Below are positions 13,381-28,915 of a stretch of DNA of 64,000 nt, piece after piece. Location of the stretch: assembly GCA_964035545.1 (NCBI GenBank), contig OZ037771.1, positions 7,929,408-7,993,407 on the forward strand. The letters run 5' to 3'. The stretch's first letter is position 1. Each line of letters begins with the position of its first letter. The stretch comes from Bugula neritina (Eukaryota; Animalia; Bryozoa). The position numbers and the translations under genes were made by a program. A model generated the notes under the pieces. That model was not told where the DNA came from and ran no database searches. It was given only the letters and a program-made list of their open reading frames with translations.

Positions 13381-16300
13381 GAGCTACGAGATCCGACTAG
13401 TACTGGTTCATGCATGCAGTTTGTTACAAAACTACTTCATACAATATTATAAATATTCTATAATATTTCTACAGCTGCCCGACAAGTCTAGGGTTGTCCT
13501 GCAAAGTGTCTAGTAATGTTAAGTATGGCGTAGAAACCTGCTGCTCACTCAATGCTAATAAATTTAATTTGTATCTTTGCTTCTCATTTACAACTTATAA
13601 AAGAAATTACATAAGTTAAGATGACTTAAAAGTTTTAATAATATATCTGGCTACTTTTATTACGACAGCATAATGCTTATAATATTCAATTGTCAACTTC
13701 TTTGTTCTGATTTTTTTAAAAACTCGTTACGATACAAAAGCATAAAAGCAGGTAAAAATTAGTTTAAAGAGCACATTGGCCTTGAGTTTTTTTCAAATAA
13801 CTTTTCAGATTGCTTAAGCTTAAAATAATAGATATTATTGTAGCTGAAGGAGGGGATAATGAAAGATGATCATTGGTTATAGTGACTGCTAGTATGATTA
13901 ATCTTTCCTTTACAAGCTATGAATCATGCAGCAGGCAAGCACTGCACCTGTGCCACTAGCTGATGAATATCAACTGTGGGAGTCTTGTTTTAAGTATTTT
14001 ATTACAGTTTGTTTATGTGCCCCTGTTACATTAGAACCGTTCTGACTGCAATTACTTCTAGTTATTATTTCATCAGAGGAAATAAAGGCAGGCGCACAAT
14101 ATTCCTCTAAAATTACTACTGAATGAAGCTATTGTTTTGAAGCCAGTCCTTTTTTGATTACAGATAATTGCCTTCATCCGAAACTTGCTGCTAACACCTT
14201 CTGTCTGATATCTTATCACCAGCAACTATTAATACATTCACAATGAGTTAATTACTGAAAAAGTGGGGCTATTTTTAGCCCTCTGACAAACCGCAGCATT
14301 CAACTTTCAATAGCCATTGGCAAGCTTACTGTCACATTTCAAGTTAAAAGTTAAGCTGAAAAATCTGTGAAATAGTGAAGTTTATTTAACTTCCAGGCAC
14401 CCGTAGGTAGAAGGATATCTACTTCAGAGTCAAGATGGTATCACCTGTGGGTTGTGGTAGCAGCAAACCTACAGTACCACTTAAGTTACTAAGTGACAAC
14501 CTGTAGCTAGCGCCTCAACATTGAGTGTAAGGTAAACTTGCTCCGTAAGGTATTATTACACATGTATTATTGGTTTGAATGAGTTAACCGAGTAAAGCTA
14601 AGATAAGCTTTATGAACATAATCTTCAGTGCAAGCTTGCACCCATCAAAACTAGATAACAATGATTCAGAGGGACGGAGAGAACGCTGGCAGAAACACGA
14701 GCTCCAATAGACCTGTATCAGCATCACACAAACATCTTGCCCATTATTATTTAATTGGTTAATAAGTTAGCAAGTTTACACAGACTGATTTGGAGTAGAA
14801 ATGAGATTACTAGCAGGATGCTGAGTAGAGGTAATCTAAATTGAGGAAGTCAAGTTGGCCAACATTAATGTTAATAGGCATGACGTTTCACAGCGTATGG
14901 TAGAGACAGATGCTACTTAATCAAAAAGTAATGTTAGAATAAAATAACTCTACTTTTTCCTCTTCCACTATTGTGGCAATTAGCTCTTTACCAGTACAGG
15001 GTAGTCCATATTCTAGAATGTTCATTCAGCTCCAGCTTGCATATAGAAAAGAAATGCAACTGGAGAGATTATAAAGCATTGACATTGGCAGCTTGTATTT
15101 TATGTTTAAGTTGAGCTCTAAAGCTGAATAAAGAATTGCAACAATTGGAAATAGCAAGTCAGCACAAATGGGAAATGGAAAAACTGAACTACATATAAGA
15201 TACGATGAAAAGTTGAGTTGCCGAAGTAGAGAGGCTGACATCTGCAGCTGTCTACACAAACAAGGATCCTGGAAGTACAAGGATGTGTATCTGCGAAGCC
15301 TTCTGACTTATTATGAGCAATTAACAAATTAATACGAGTCTAGTTGGCTTTAAAACCGTTGATACAAAGAACAATGATGAGTATTTCATGATGTAGGTTC
15401 AGCTAAAGTAAACATATTGATGGGGTGATTGGTGTAGCAAAACAGCATCATAATCACGTGACCACTTACCTGGCTGCTTTGTAATTATATAACGTGCAGC
15501 TTTATGAGGCAGCAGGGAATGTTTAGATAAACCATGTCAGACCACCCATGCTTTCTGTCCTCTGCATTTGGCAATGCCAAGGGAATATTCAGACCTTTGG
15601 TTACTGCAGCTGTTGTTGAGCTTTGTGTTGAGAATTGTGTCTTAACAAACAGGTTACCAGCTCTAACTTTCTGACCACTTGGAGTGCAAATTTAAAAACA
15701 TGTTATGTTGTTTCTTGAAAGGAGCTGACACTAAGCAGGAGAGGGTCAGGTCAAGAGTGCACATGGATATTGTACCACAGAGTATACAGCACAATAACTG
15801 GTCATAGGACTTACTACCTCCGGGCCATGTAAACAAACAACACCATTCCATATCTCACTCAAAAGGTATTGAGTGGTGATAATTCTGCTGGTAATAAGAT
15901 AGCTGTTAGCTCTGAATGAACCTGTAAGAACAATTCATTAAGCGTAGCTGTTCTGTTATGACTTGTTATTCAGGAAGAAGCTAAGTCAAGCTTTAATCAG
16001 CGTTAAAATCAACAAAAAATTCCCCGTGCTTTGTCGAAGCAACTTAGATAACATGTAAATATTTTTATTTAAAATTTCCTCAATAGTGACGACAAATGTC
16101 ATTTGAATAGGTGTGTGGATTTCCCTTTGTACCAGGAATGGAGATAAGTAAAAACATTCTATTGGCCTGTACCAGTAATATTGCTATAAATATAGTTACT
16201 TATCACAAGTAGAGTTATGCCATGCAGACTATACCCAACCCAGCCCAACGAAAAGTGTACCACACAGCGGAATGGGGAAAGAAAACTTTTAGAGAATGTT

Positions 16301-19300
16301 TGTTTTGCACTCAACCATCTTAAGGGTATCATTCAGCATCCAGTAGCAGCAGCTCCTAATATCATTTGATGATCAAATTGACTAACATTTGCAGTACTAT
16401 TATGAGTTATTATTTATTGCATAATTTTATGATTTTGATGTCAAGGAAATAATTAAAACTCCAGATTATGAACTAATTTACAAACTAAAGTATAAAATGC
16501 AATTTTATATTAAAGATCCCGTAAAAATTTGGGCTGGTATTTTTAGAATTTATTTGCTGATAATCAAAACAAATAAAAATTCAGAAGATTGAAAAAAATC
16601 AAATGTTGACTTTACAAATGCAGCTCTAAAATAGCTTGCAGAAAAACGTCAAGTCATTTTTATTGCAGCACCAACCAGGTATTCAAAGCAGCAGCAGAGT
16701 TGGCAGCAGAAGTAGACCAGCAGACATAAACAAGGCAAGAGTAAGTTCGTCTGAAAATCTTAACTCTGTCTGCAGCCAGTTTAGACATTAACAACAGTTT
16801 CTCTCTTGTAGTCAGGAAAGTACGACTTTTTGGCAGCTGTAACCGAAAGAGAATTCTAGCAATGCATCCAGGTAGGTGTGGTGGTGACATCATTAACCCC
16901 CAGACCGCCGGGTCAGACAAACTATAAAAATAACAAAATATTATTTTACAAAACTACAAGTTGATGTGTTGTTAAAGCAAACATTCATGTGATGCATTCA
17001 ACAAGGTTTTTTGGCACCGAGTCCAATCATCTCATTTGTTTGTGCTTCATAGACCTGCGTATATCACTTTATTGCCATACACTAGGTGCAAATGTATTGT
17101 GTACCATAAAATAGTAAAAATAAATTCATGTTTCATCAGTGGCCAATTTTAAGTAACAAAAAATAAAGATATTTGCAAATATAGAACCATAGGAGAAGAG
17201 TGAAGCGGGTGATATTAAAATTGAAAAGATTTAATATTAAAGACATTCAGACAGCATACAAATATAAATATAGTGAAATTATGGTGGGCGATGGAAAGCT
17301 GGTGGGGGTTGAACACTTCAACTTCAGTTATACTAAATTATTACAAGATAAGAATGCTTATCTTTTGGAACTGTGCAGTTTAATCAACTAGAATATTTTA
17401 AAGGAGAGGATATTCGTGTACAGGCATGTTGATACAGCTTTGTGCTAAGAGCCTGTTATCAGACAGGTAGGTGTTAACTACTCATAATCTACACTAAGAA
17501 TGTACGATAGAAAAGAATGGAGCTGCTGAATGAAACTAGCCACTTCTTTGTTTAATCAATGTGCAACTGTGACTCATAAGTCTACCGGAAGTCATACTGT
17601 CTTATATTTATCCATATAGCCATTAACACCCCAGTCTTTGCTGTCTCATACATAGACACTGACGCATTTACTATACAAATAGAAATTTAAATTTGAAAAT
17701 AGACCATGAAAGAAATTTTTAAAACCGTGTATTTTTACGAGCCTTATGTGCAAGAATTATTAAATAAATGCCAACAAAATAAATAAAATTGTATGATGGA
17801 TTGTGTTGGAACAATCTAATGCTTATGAAGGTGACCACAGAGAGATGGTGTTCCTAATGCGGTGTTATTAGTATGTAAATCTTGCCATAGGTAGCCATGC
17901 TTCAGCCAGGAAAATTGTAAAGTAGTGTTACCAACCAAAACCTTACCTTAACAGGTTAGAGCCTTGGGTCACTAGGTGTGTGGGACAACCAATTGACACT
18001 TTTAATTGTTTCAATCAAAATAAAGACAACTGTGACACTGCTACATTGATTGCATGTATAAAAAGTGGATTTAATTTGTATATGATTTGGAGGGTCTTTA
18101 GCATTTTTGAGGAGATTCTACTGCATATAAAAGCAATCAATTGTAGTGATTAATATGGTCTGTACAATAAGATTGTATGATCACCCAGCCAGAAAAGTAT
18201 TTTCTAATACTGTTGGATTTACTCGGTAGGATTATGAATGGTACCGGATGGAGGCCTTTCTAATGAATTAAAACTGGCGGGTTCCATTCTTGCTCACAGT
18301 TAATGGCAGAGAACTGCTATAATGTTTTACAGATTTTAGCCGGGAAGGTCAATGCCACTATCCAGGCAACCGGCTTTTTGGTAGAGGATATGATCTAAAT
18401 TAGCAATTTAGCATTTCTATGCCAAATAAGATGACAATTTATAACTAATAAGTTTTGTGCTTTCAAACTGCTTCAGAACTTGGTAATCATGATTAAACTT
18501 TTGCTATTTTTTCTGTTAAATAGTGTTCACTGGTGTAGTATAATGCCGAGTTATTAGGGAAATAGAGAAATTAAGTAGTTTTTGAACTGTTGCTATTTCA
18601 GCATTTTCATATTTTGATACTAATTTTTCAATCCTGAATCGCTGGTAGTTTTTGCGCCTTAAGAACTACGGGCACACACCTTAAATGTATCTAACAGTTT
18701 TCATACGGGTTATATCATGTTGAGAAGTTCAACAATTTGCTGGTTTAAGAAGCTCACAAAAGGAGAAAATATATAGAAAAATCATTATAGTTGAGGCTGA
18801 CTGAAAGGAGTTAAATGTAGTTTACAACTGATACAGAAATAATGTTGGAATCTGCACCTTGTAGAGATAGCAATCAGTAGCTGCTTGATGTACAACTATA
18901 CAACCAGCTACCAATCACTAGATATTACCATCTCAAAATTATAATATATACCTGAAGCCATAAGATTCTTTGTTGTATTGCACTCATCTCATTGTAAGAT
19001 AGTGTAACCAGGAGAAAAATGCTGTTTAATTAAGCCACAATCATGGTAATTTATGCATAGGTGAAGTTTAAGCATATAGCAGCCAAAAGCTGTTATAAAA
19101 TGAGTTTTGTTTCAACGTAAGAGTATGAAACAAGTATGAGAAAGTGTTTTATGCATATTTTAATGAAGCATGTGCACACATGTTTTACTGCCTTTGTTTA
19201 GGTTTTTCATTTCATTGAACATGGTTGGTGCAGAAATGCAGATATACCTTAGAGAAAGCATAAATTAGGGAGCCCTTTGAACCAAATGTAAATATACCCT

Positions 19301-22300
19301 CTCCTCCTTCCAATATGCAGCTATAACATAGCTATAACCCTTGTAATATACAATTAGGGGAGTTCTAATTCATCGGCTATAACATAACATCAAATGATGT
19401 TGTTTCCTTTATGCTGAGTTAGAAGTGATAAAACTGATACATCGAAAATTAAGCATTAATTACAGTAGCTACAAATAAAAAAGGGTGTTATGTATTGGTT
19501 TCCTTATTACACCAAACACCATTTGATATGAACAGAAAAAGCATTGTGTGCAGAGTTGGACTAAATTTGAACAAGTTTTGGCAATTTTACAATAGAATAA
19601 GTGAAGTAAATATAAGCCTACAACTAATCAACTGTACTCAAATGCATTCAACTACACTTTTTAACATTTCAGCTACCCTTAAGGTTCATAATAGATGCTT
19701 TGAAGCATGAGTATTCTTAATGTAATGCTCTTCTAGCAGGCTGCATTAATTTTTCAAACCAGTAATGAATTGATATAAAACATCAGGCCAACAGTTTCTG
19801 ACAAATCATAAATTAACATAAAGCAAAATCAATAATTGGCATTCAAATAATAAAATTAAAAATAATAGTGGTTATCATCATTGTTTACACAATCTATTTG
19901 GCAACTTGAAAAAAGTTTAATTACCAATGTTCTAAAATTTGGCATCTTACCAGTAAAAATTATCTCCATAAATTTTAATGAGTTGAAAGTTGGCAACGAT
20001 TTCATGTTTGTCTTTTCAAAGTTTTATTAGCACTGCTTGTATGGAGATGGAAGAAATGAGAAATTACTAGTTTATAACTGAAGTCATACGCAAAACATGG
20101 TTATTCAACCTCTTAGTTTTAGCTTTCAACAACTAGCATGACAGTTTATTGTAAGGATATTAGTAATAAATATATTTACTAGAGATGAACTGCAGTTAAT
20201 TTGTAGAATAAACGAGTTGACAGCTACATCTATTTTTAGTTAATCTAGCGCAGATGGTTGCCAAATCTACTGGAAGTTTGTACTCATCCCATGACTAGAT
20301 GCCACCTCCTCCTTACCACATTCTGTTAGTACCTTCTCAACACAGTATATCAATTATATGTGAGTAAGACGTAGTTTATTTGTTATATTTAGAAATCTAT
20401 TACCAAATGCACAAAAATTTACCTATCATATTAGTAATTATTATAGCATGCCATTGGTAAATATTCCCCCCTCAATTTTATTAACTAAATTTGAGCTTTT
20501 AGTTTGGTAGAGTTTTATATAGTTAGTTTTATATTGGTAGAGCTTTAATCAATTTGCCCATACCTATCATAATTATGGCTAAATTACACAAAATATCTAT
20601 AAACTTCAAACATTTTTAACTACTGTTTTACACCTACTAGCTTTGACAAGTCGTTATAGTGGTTTAGTAAAACTTTTTAAATTTCCTTTTTTCAGAATTT
20701 TGCTTTTGATGATAATTAGAGGATTTGGCGGTGAACTAGACTGAAGGCGAGAGTCAAACTAAAATCTACTCAGCCACAAATAACTTGCACACGGCTTCAT
20801 TTGCATAAATATCCCACGAGTAATTATGGTATTTATGCAAATTTTTGATGTATCAGAGTTGAAACAACTTGTAATAATAAGTATGCATTGAATATATATT
20901 ATGGTTTACACAAACTCTTCGAACTAGCACATTAAAACGTTAATAATCATGAAAAATATGTTTTGATAATCTGCCTTTAAAAATAAGAGATGATTCTGTG
21001 TAGTTGTTAGCATAATTGAAAACTATACATAATAATGCTAAATAATAACAGTGAAGCTGGTACAAGCCAACCTAAGTTGTACAATCGTATATTCATAATA
21101 AAAGAATGCTTATTTAACTTGACTTGGTTGTTTAGTCTAAAGACGCGTTGAGGTAAGAACAACATAAAATTACCAGGTGGTAACTCAGACTACAGGGAGA
21201 TGTAAACTGCACCTGGATAAAGAAGCATAGGCAGATTTGGGGAGATTTGTGGAGACAATCAAATGAATAAACAAAAGGCATACCTAAAGTTAGGGGAATA
21301 CTGTGCACATTATATCAGATGAGATAGAGAATAGGGAGAGCTATGAATGGTAGGTGTGTTGGAAATCTTAATTATAGCTAATCACAAACAAACCTTTCAA
21401 CAAATTGATATGGATAGAAGTTGATTTGAAAAGAAAAAGTTGGAACATTTCCAACAAAATTACTAGGTGTAAAGAAGGCAAAGGAGGGAAGAGGTGGTTT
21501 CAGTTTAGAGAAAATATTTATGTAGTAATTACCTAAGGTGTGGCTATTTTTGCTAAATTCTGTTGGAAAATGCCATTGAACTGACCATAATTATAATAGT
21601 ATTATAGTAAGATAATTATAATAGTATTAGAGTAAGATAATAGAAACAAATATTTGTCAATAAGAGAAGATGTAACCACCTTCAGAGAGCTGGTTACTAA
21701 GGAGATACAAGAGTAAAGGAAGTTCATAACAGTGCAGCTTGTGTAGCTACTTAGCCTAATAGATTTCAGATAAATCCTGACTGCTTGCTATCTCTTAGCA
21801 GGAAAACCTTACAACATTGTTTACAATTTTAATTTAAATCTTTGGAATAACAATTCAGCCAAAGTTGTATTGTGCCAAGTTGCCAGTAAAAGTCAACTTA
21901 TCTCCTTTGATTAAATCCATTACTAAGTTTAGAAGCTAAACATGCTCAGCAAAAACTTGTTCACCTTTCGCTTTAATTCCAAACTAAATGCTTAGTGCTC
22001 ACTAAAACACCACTCAGCTACCCGCCGTGCTATGGTGGAATTGTTATGAATAAAGTAGTAAATATTTGAATACATATTGACGCACAACTTAATATACACT
22101 GCACATATTGTCATTTAAATCTTTGAGTTGATTCAGCAACTTTTACCATCGCGTAAAGTGGCAGTCTGAGAATAAATTACACTAATAAGGCATGATTATG
22201 ATGGACTGCCTAGCACAAGTTAACACAAATCTCAATTATTTTTGGTATTCACCACCAGTGAACCCTTGGTGCAGGCACACCGACTTGTAGAATGAATATC

Positions 22301-24711
22301 TGATAATTAAATTTACTTTTTTTGGTTTCATAGCTAGGCAATGTGCCTACTTCACAGTCATATATTTTTGTCGTTTCCTGTTTTGATACTTTAAGGATTT
22401 ATATAAACAAAAAAATATTTGATTAAATGCTATGTATAAAATTCAATACATTAAACTAGACGCCAGGGCGCATGGAAGGAAAGCTTCACATCTCTTCTAC
22501 AAACAAAATCTACTATTTCCACTCAAGTTTACATTTACTGTAGTTGTAATTTCCAAAAAAATTGAAAAATTACAGCCACAGTAATCATATGCAACTTCCC
22601 ACTCCTACTTTTGTGCCAATATAAGACCAACAGGGAGAGTGAGGGATCTAAAGACAGGTATCTGATCCTTTAGCAACTTCTAGAGAGGAGTGAGAGGTAA
22701 TTTATAGGTTAATTGAATTCCTACTCATGCTGAGTCATACCGAGTATGACTCATCCACAGCCAGACACATAGTTCAGCTTATATCAACTATTGCAGTATA
22801 CTACAGTTCAGATTACTCTACATTTTACTACCATACTAATATTATTATACTTAAGCTGTTTAACAGGCACATTAAGGTTGTGTTATTTTCATTCTAAATT
22901 GAATTCACTATACACAACCTTACAATGTAGCACTATGCTAAGTTCCTTAACTATAAATGACTAATTTATTTTTTTCCTAAACTGACTGAGATTGAGTCAT
23001 ATAGACTAAGAGTAAATCTTGCTGGGAAGACTTTCTAGCCACTACCAATAAAATACTTTAGACTTAGACTTTATGGAACTAGCTGTTGTTTGGCTTTAAA
23101 TTATGAGTAAAGCTTAATCCTGCGGAAAGATAATTGATAAGACGGGTTTGGGAAAATCCTTGGGTACATGCTGTCAATGCAGGAGGGTGTGGTAAGGCAA
23201 GTATAGCAGTGGGTAAGGAATGAGTGAGTCATTTTTGACTCATCAGCGGAAGAATGAGTGAATTTGAAAAGTCGATGACAGCGTAGTGCTGGGTCTACTG
23301 ATGCTACTTAGATACCATCTGGTAGGGTAGTTAACATCCTAGTGGTAATGGCTAGGTACCAACTCTTGCCATATCTTCAGTAGAAAAAGGAACACAGATT
23401 AAAATAAATTTAAATTCATGCTATTTAGTTGCAAATTAATTGAACCGCCAAACTGCTTTAAATAAAATTAATGGAAAGTTTGCTTTGATTTCAAGTTGGT
23501 TTAGCTAGCAAAAATCTGTAAACAATATAACATTTTTTCAATAAAAAACTGAATCAATAGAGAAAAATGAATGCAGCTTAAGAGTTAGAGCTGCCAGAGG
23601 GGCGATGCGTGATTCGAGTGTAGAGTTTGCAAGATTGCAAACAGAATTTTACCAAAATAAAGTTATCCAGGCCAATAAGCAACGTAACAAAGACAGTCTA
23701 TTTAAAGCCTTGTATTTATTGGCAACACCATGAGCTTTCTCTTCCAAACACGACTTGCTTGTTAATTTATATGCAAAGTTTTAGAAGTAGATTCCAAAAA
23801 AGGAACATTGAATATCAGTTGATGGAGAGGAGATCAGAGGGTTGGTAGACGTGCTAAATCATCAGATTTGGAGCAGTCTACCAGTCTACATGTAATGAGT
23901 GCAAACCTAGACCAGTTAGGTGAGTACTTTGGCAGCAGCAGCCTGTTGATATGCAGGAGGAGGAGGTTACTAGGGACCAGCTATGAAACACACTCAGTCA
24001 CCCAGATACCGTACTTAAATGGCATGACAAACCTTTAACCAAGTTTAGCATAGAGTCACATGCCGAAAACCTTTTGAAAAAAATAGTTTTGCAATTTATA
24101 AGAAGTTTTACGTCTGGGCAAGACCCCACTGGCCTAGCATGCAGTATACCCTTAGCCTGTCCATGGCTGGAGAAGTATGGTATAAGCTGCTTAGTTGGCA
24201 GTTCAGTTACGTGTTTGATGTTAATTACTTTTAGACTTGCCACTACATTTTAATTAGTGAAAGTAGACGTGTCGTTATTAATACAGTTACGGTGCCAAAG
24301 TCTGTTTAGAACATCTGCACATAAAATCTCGCAGTTTAAGAAGTATATGCATGAACGGAAGAAATTTTTGCTTATAAATTTCTTTTAAAAGCATAAATTA
24401 TTTCTTTTAAAAGCATAAATTATTTCTTTTAAGAAATTTTCTATAAAACAAAATCACCAGCATCTGCATATTGTGGCTGTAAGTACATACATACTACACA
24501 GTGGTTCATTTGAAATAGAATCTGGTGCTCTGTGGGTGGTATCCAACCATCCTACACGCAAGAAGTCTTGAAAGATAACACAATCGGTCATATATTTTTA
24601 CTTCAACAGAAGCTTGACTAGTTTATGCCAAACCTTTTGTATTGACGTAAGGAACTGGCGAAGGAATTTTATAAAAGGGAAGATATAACCCACAGACTAG
24701 TTAAAATAGAT

Positions 24712-25085
24712 GAAGAATTTGCAGCAGATAGATACAGAAAATAATTTGCAGCAGATAGATACTGAAAATAATTAGCAGCAGATAGATACTGAAGAGAATT
24801 TGCAGCAGATAGATACAGAAGATAATTTGCAGCAGATAGATACAGAAAATAATTTGCAGCAGATAGATACTGAAGAGAATTTACAGCAGATAGATAGATA
24901 CTGAAGAGAATTTGCAGCAGATAGATATTGAAAAAAATTTGCAGCAGATAGATACTGAAGAGAATTTACAGCAGATAGATAGATACTGAAGAGAATTTGC
25001 AGCAGATAGATATTGAAAAAAATTGGCAGCAGATAGATACTGAAGAGAATTTGCAGCAGATAGATACTGAATGGAGTTTACAGCA
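24712..25085. repeat. 27-31 bp minisatellite (GAAGAGAATTTGCAGCAGATAGATACT)
   Basis: About 13 adjacent copies, no spacers. Confidence 0.93.
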
Positions 25086-26969
25086 TAGGACATGAAGGAC
25101 AGAAAAGGAATGTGTTTGACATACCATGTGATAATTAACAAGGTCTAATCACCTCATATGAAAATATAGCAGAATCATCACCTCTCTAAAGAATTCCAAG
25201 TATTTCATTAAGGCAAGGATGGCTAGCTAGCCAGTGGCTGTAATATTACCAAATGCCAATAACTAAATCCCACCTCAAATGCTAGAATTTTCAGCAGTAA
25301 AAATTCACTTGCACATAACTTAGGACACTAAAAGTAATTAAAAAGAGTTTTTACTAACAGATATCCCATTTGAACATCAACTTGGTAAGATAGCCTCAAC
25401 AGCAATCTCACTGTGTCTCTCAAGATATTGCGGGTTAGAGCTTTGCCTCATAAGGCTGAAACTTCTCTCCACTTAGTAAAAGCTCACACTATTGCAACAC
25501 ATCTTAAAATATTCCTAGCTAGGGCACTTTAAGGTCATCAGATTGAGATGTAGAAACGGCAGCAGTTAATCTTATGTGCTACAAGTCATAGATCTTCTAC
25601 TGAGTACCAGCAGGTTGATGTTATTATGCAAACAGATGCCTATCTTTACCTGCACATTGTGATACTTTTTGGAAGTTTAATTAAATAGAAGAAACTGTAA
25701 ATTACTTCCACTGAAAGGATTATTATAATCCTATTGTCTCAGAAATTATCACTGAATTTATACACTATTATGTTTATTCTATGCAAATACAATTAGTTTA
25801 CTCGTCAAACCCATTGTTTCCCAAATATTATTCAGCAAAAAAGTTAACATCTTGACATGAGTTAATTAGCATTGAATTGGGAAAGGTAGACCAGCATCAC
25901 ACCTTTATCGATTCTTTTTCCAGTTGGGTGTTAAATAAAGTGCAGAGTGAACCACATGTGCAGCTTGTGTGCATTACATATGCTGCACATGTTACAGTCC
26001 TAGCACAGCCTGCTGGGAAAGATTCATGATGTTGCCTAATAAATCCAAACATAACAAGAGATAAGAATCACAGTTAGAATTTTATGAATATTTATTTGTA
26101 AGCTAAACTTAAAGCTGCTATACTGTTTATATTAGTAATGACTGAACTCATTTGTGGCTTAAACCGGAAAGCAGAGGAATGAGGTGACTAATACCACCAG
26201 CTCCTTCACCAAGTACATTTCTCAGTTTACCAAAATTCAAGTGTTTTCAAGTTTTTTTTACCATTTGCAATGTTTACAGTATGACTGTTCAGAATGTACT
26301 CACATTCTTGCCAACCTCAATTACACAGCCCATACACACAAGTGAAATTATCTGAAACCTGATCAGAGTAGTGCTCTAGAGAGCTATTTGATGATACAGG
26401 GCCCTAATTGTTTAATTACTGGTGATGAGTAAGTCAGGTGGGCCCATTTACCACAACTTGTAAACATCAGTAGCACATTAGAACAGCTTCTTCAACATTG
26501 TGTATAATCAAGGTGTGGCCACTGCCTTATGACAGCACAATAATGCCACACCCAAATTATCAGTTTATTAGATTATAATTCTAACCCTAAATATCATAAC
26601 TTTCATGTTTTTTGGTAGTAAATTTTGGTTTGCCACAAACAAATGTAAATTGCTTGCTGACTCACAATGATGATGCGAATAACCGTCAGCTGATGTGATA
26701 GATCTGCTCTCCTTAGGTAAAGATATTCAAGCAAAATTCAATTCCTAGGTAAGTGTACCTCAGCATATGTTGTATCTCACAGCCACTTTATAAATAGTAC
26801 TACTGCATGGCTATATGCCCTGGTGACCGCCACTTTGTTGATGCCTGGCTAAAGGTCCCTAGTGTGGGTCACCAGCCTCCACAAATGCTCTCTAGTTTCC
26901 TTTGGGCAAGCTGGAAGTAGCAGGCAACCAGTTTATACTTTCAGGTTTCTACAGTCTATAGATTTCCTA

Positions 26970-27190
26970 GGGAGCAGCAGTGGTGTAGGGGTTAGAGCGT
27001 TTGATTATAAAAAACTCGAGGTCATGAGTTTGATCCCCAGTAAAGGCCATTGGTGATGTTAGGAAGAGCATCCAGTCATAATTGCTCCTGTGCCCCATTT
27101 AAATAAGTCCTTAGCCAGGTTTAACAAAAACCCCATCCATCAGGGGTTTTCTCACAGGGATGGTTACTATAAACTTGTGTGAGTTTTTAT
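26970..27190 (+). mobile_element. tRNA-derived SINE, full-length copy
   Basis: A/B-box tRNA head, body aligns by eye with 52866-53082 and 56554-56779, T-rich tail; flanking direct repeat 26953-26969/27191-27207 (14/17 identical). Confidence 0.88.
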
Positions 27191-28709
27191 AGTCTAAATG
27201 TTTCCTAATAATACTGCCAATGATTATGTCCTTACTAGGAATTGCTGCACAGCGGAACATAAATTTAAATTTAATAGATGCCCAATTGGATGGCTGTCAA
27301 TGATAATGTTATGTGTTTATGGTTACAGTTAATTATTTATATACCCTGCAATTTTCCAAAATAATACTTACTAGCAAGCAATTAGTAGAAAGTTGATCAC
27401 ATTTAACTTTCATTTCCTCAATTCTTGTCACTATGAATAAAATTACAGCATCTTGAATGTTGGGGAGTTTAAATTTTGCCTGATAGTGTAATTAGCCATG
27501 TCCTCATCCTGTGAAAACAATTAGCCATATCCTGTGTAACGGCAGAATTTTAATAAACTTGGAATATCAAGTAGTGAAATGAAATGATTCCAAATGTATG
27601 TTTGCATAACACCACAACAGTGAGCTAACCATCATGTGAGTTGACCAATAAGGGTGCTGGTTATATACCAACATGGTGAATTGCCCAGTAGGAGCATTGG
27701 TTGCATATAACCATCATAGTGAATTAACCAATAAGGGAACTGGTTATACAACACCACTGACGCAGAATAATAGCGTATGCTATTTGTGTCTAACAGATGA
27801 GTAAATATATGATATTTATGGACTCTATTTCAGGCAGGTCAAGACTGGAATAGATGGAGAGTGGCTGAGCCCCATCTTTTAAGTCTAGCTATTTATACTC
27901 TGACAGAGTCATTACCCTGACAGGAATGCCATAATATTATTCCTGTATCTGCGTTGAACCAGTAAATTTAAAGCCATTTGAGGTTTATTTAATTCTGTTT
28001 AAGTTAAAATACAATTCAGCAGCAGGACCTCTACTGGTCAAAACATTCTCACGCCAGACTTGGCAGAGTATTTACTGTAAACAGAGTAAGTAATTGACCT
28101 TCCGGCTATTGACCTGGCTAGCAGACCCAGTTCAGGTAAAAAACATCGTCTAACCAGGTAAATGCAGTGCACTGTAAGTATGTACTTACTCATGTATTTA
28201 CTGCACATCCTTAAAGACTTGCATACTGCAACTTGCAGGTGACTATCTTATACATGTATTACAGTATCTGTTGAACGCTGCAAGTGCAGGGCCAAGTGTT
28301 CACAAACCACAAATACGTGGGAGAGTGAGTTGCACCTATTACAATGAGGAGAAACATACACAGGTGAACTTTAGAGCAGGTAATATACACTCTGTACTCG
28401 TGTAGCAGCTTTAGAATTGCTCACTGAGAATGATTCATAATGAAGGAGTTTAGGAAGCTGAATGACCTGCCATTATGAAGACAATAAATGCTGCACACGC
28501 TGCTGGTATTGCTGGATTGGCAGCTCCATTGTGTGCACCCAAATATGATTCATGCTTGTTGACACAATACTCTATCACACTTGTAAATGTAAATTACTTC
28601 TCCATACATTCAATAACAAGTCATCATTATTAATTTAATAAGAGCTTCTGTTTCCTGAACAGAGCTTAGGCTAACCAAATAAACAAAACTTGGCAAACTG
28701 TAGGTTATC

Positions 28710-28915
28710 TGGTGGGTTTAAGAGGTGGGCTTTAAATGGTGGGCTTTGAATGGTGGATTCAACAGGTGGGCTTTAAATGGTGGGTTTAACAGGTGGGCTT
28801 TGAATAGTGGATTTAACAGGTGGGCTTTAAATGGTGAGTTTAACAGGTGGGCTTTGAATGGTGGGCTTTGAATGGTGGGTTCAACAGGTGGGCATAAATG
28901 GTGGGTTCAGATGGT
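28710..28915. repeat. 13-14 bp GGTGGG-containing tandem repeat
   Basis: GGTGGGCTTTRAAT / GGTGGGTTTAACA units. Confidence 0.88.

Noticed and set aside
16660-16920. 86-aa ORF (and ORFs at 15026-15327, 15663-15851)
   Set aside because: No recognisable motifs and no consistent exon chain.
24712-25085. 27-31 bp repeats as a CRISPR array (also 60757-61122)
   Set aside because: No unique spacers, no cas genes, eukaryotic context.
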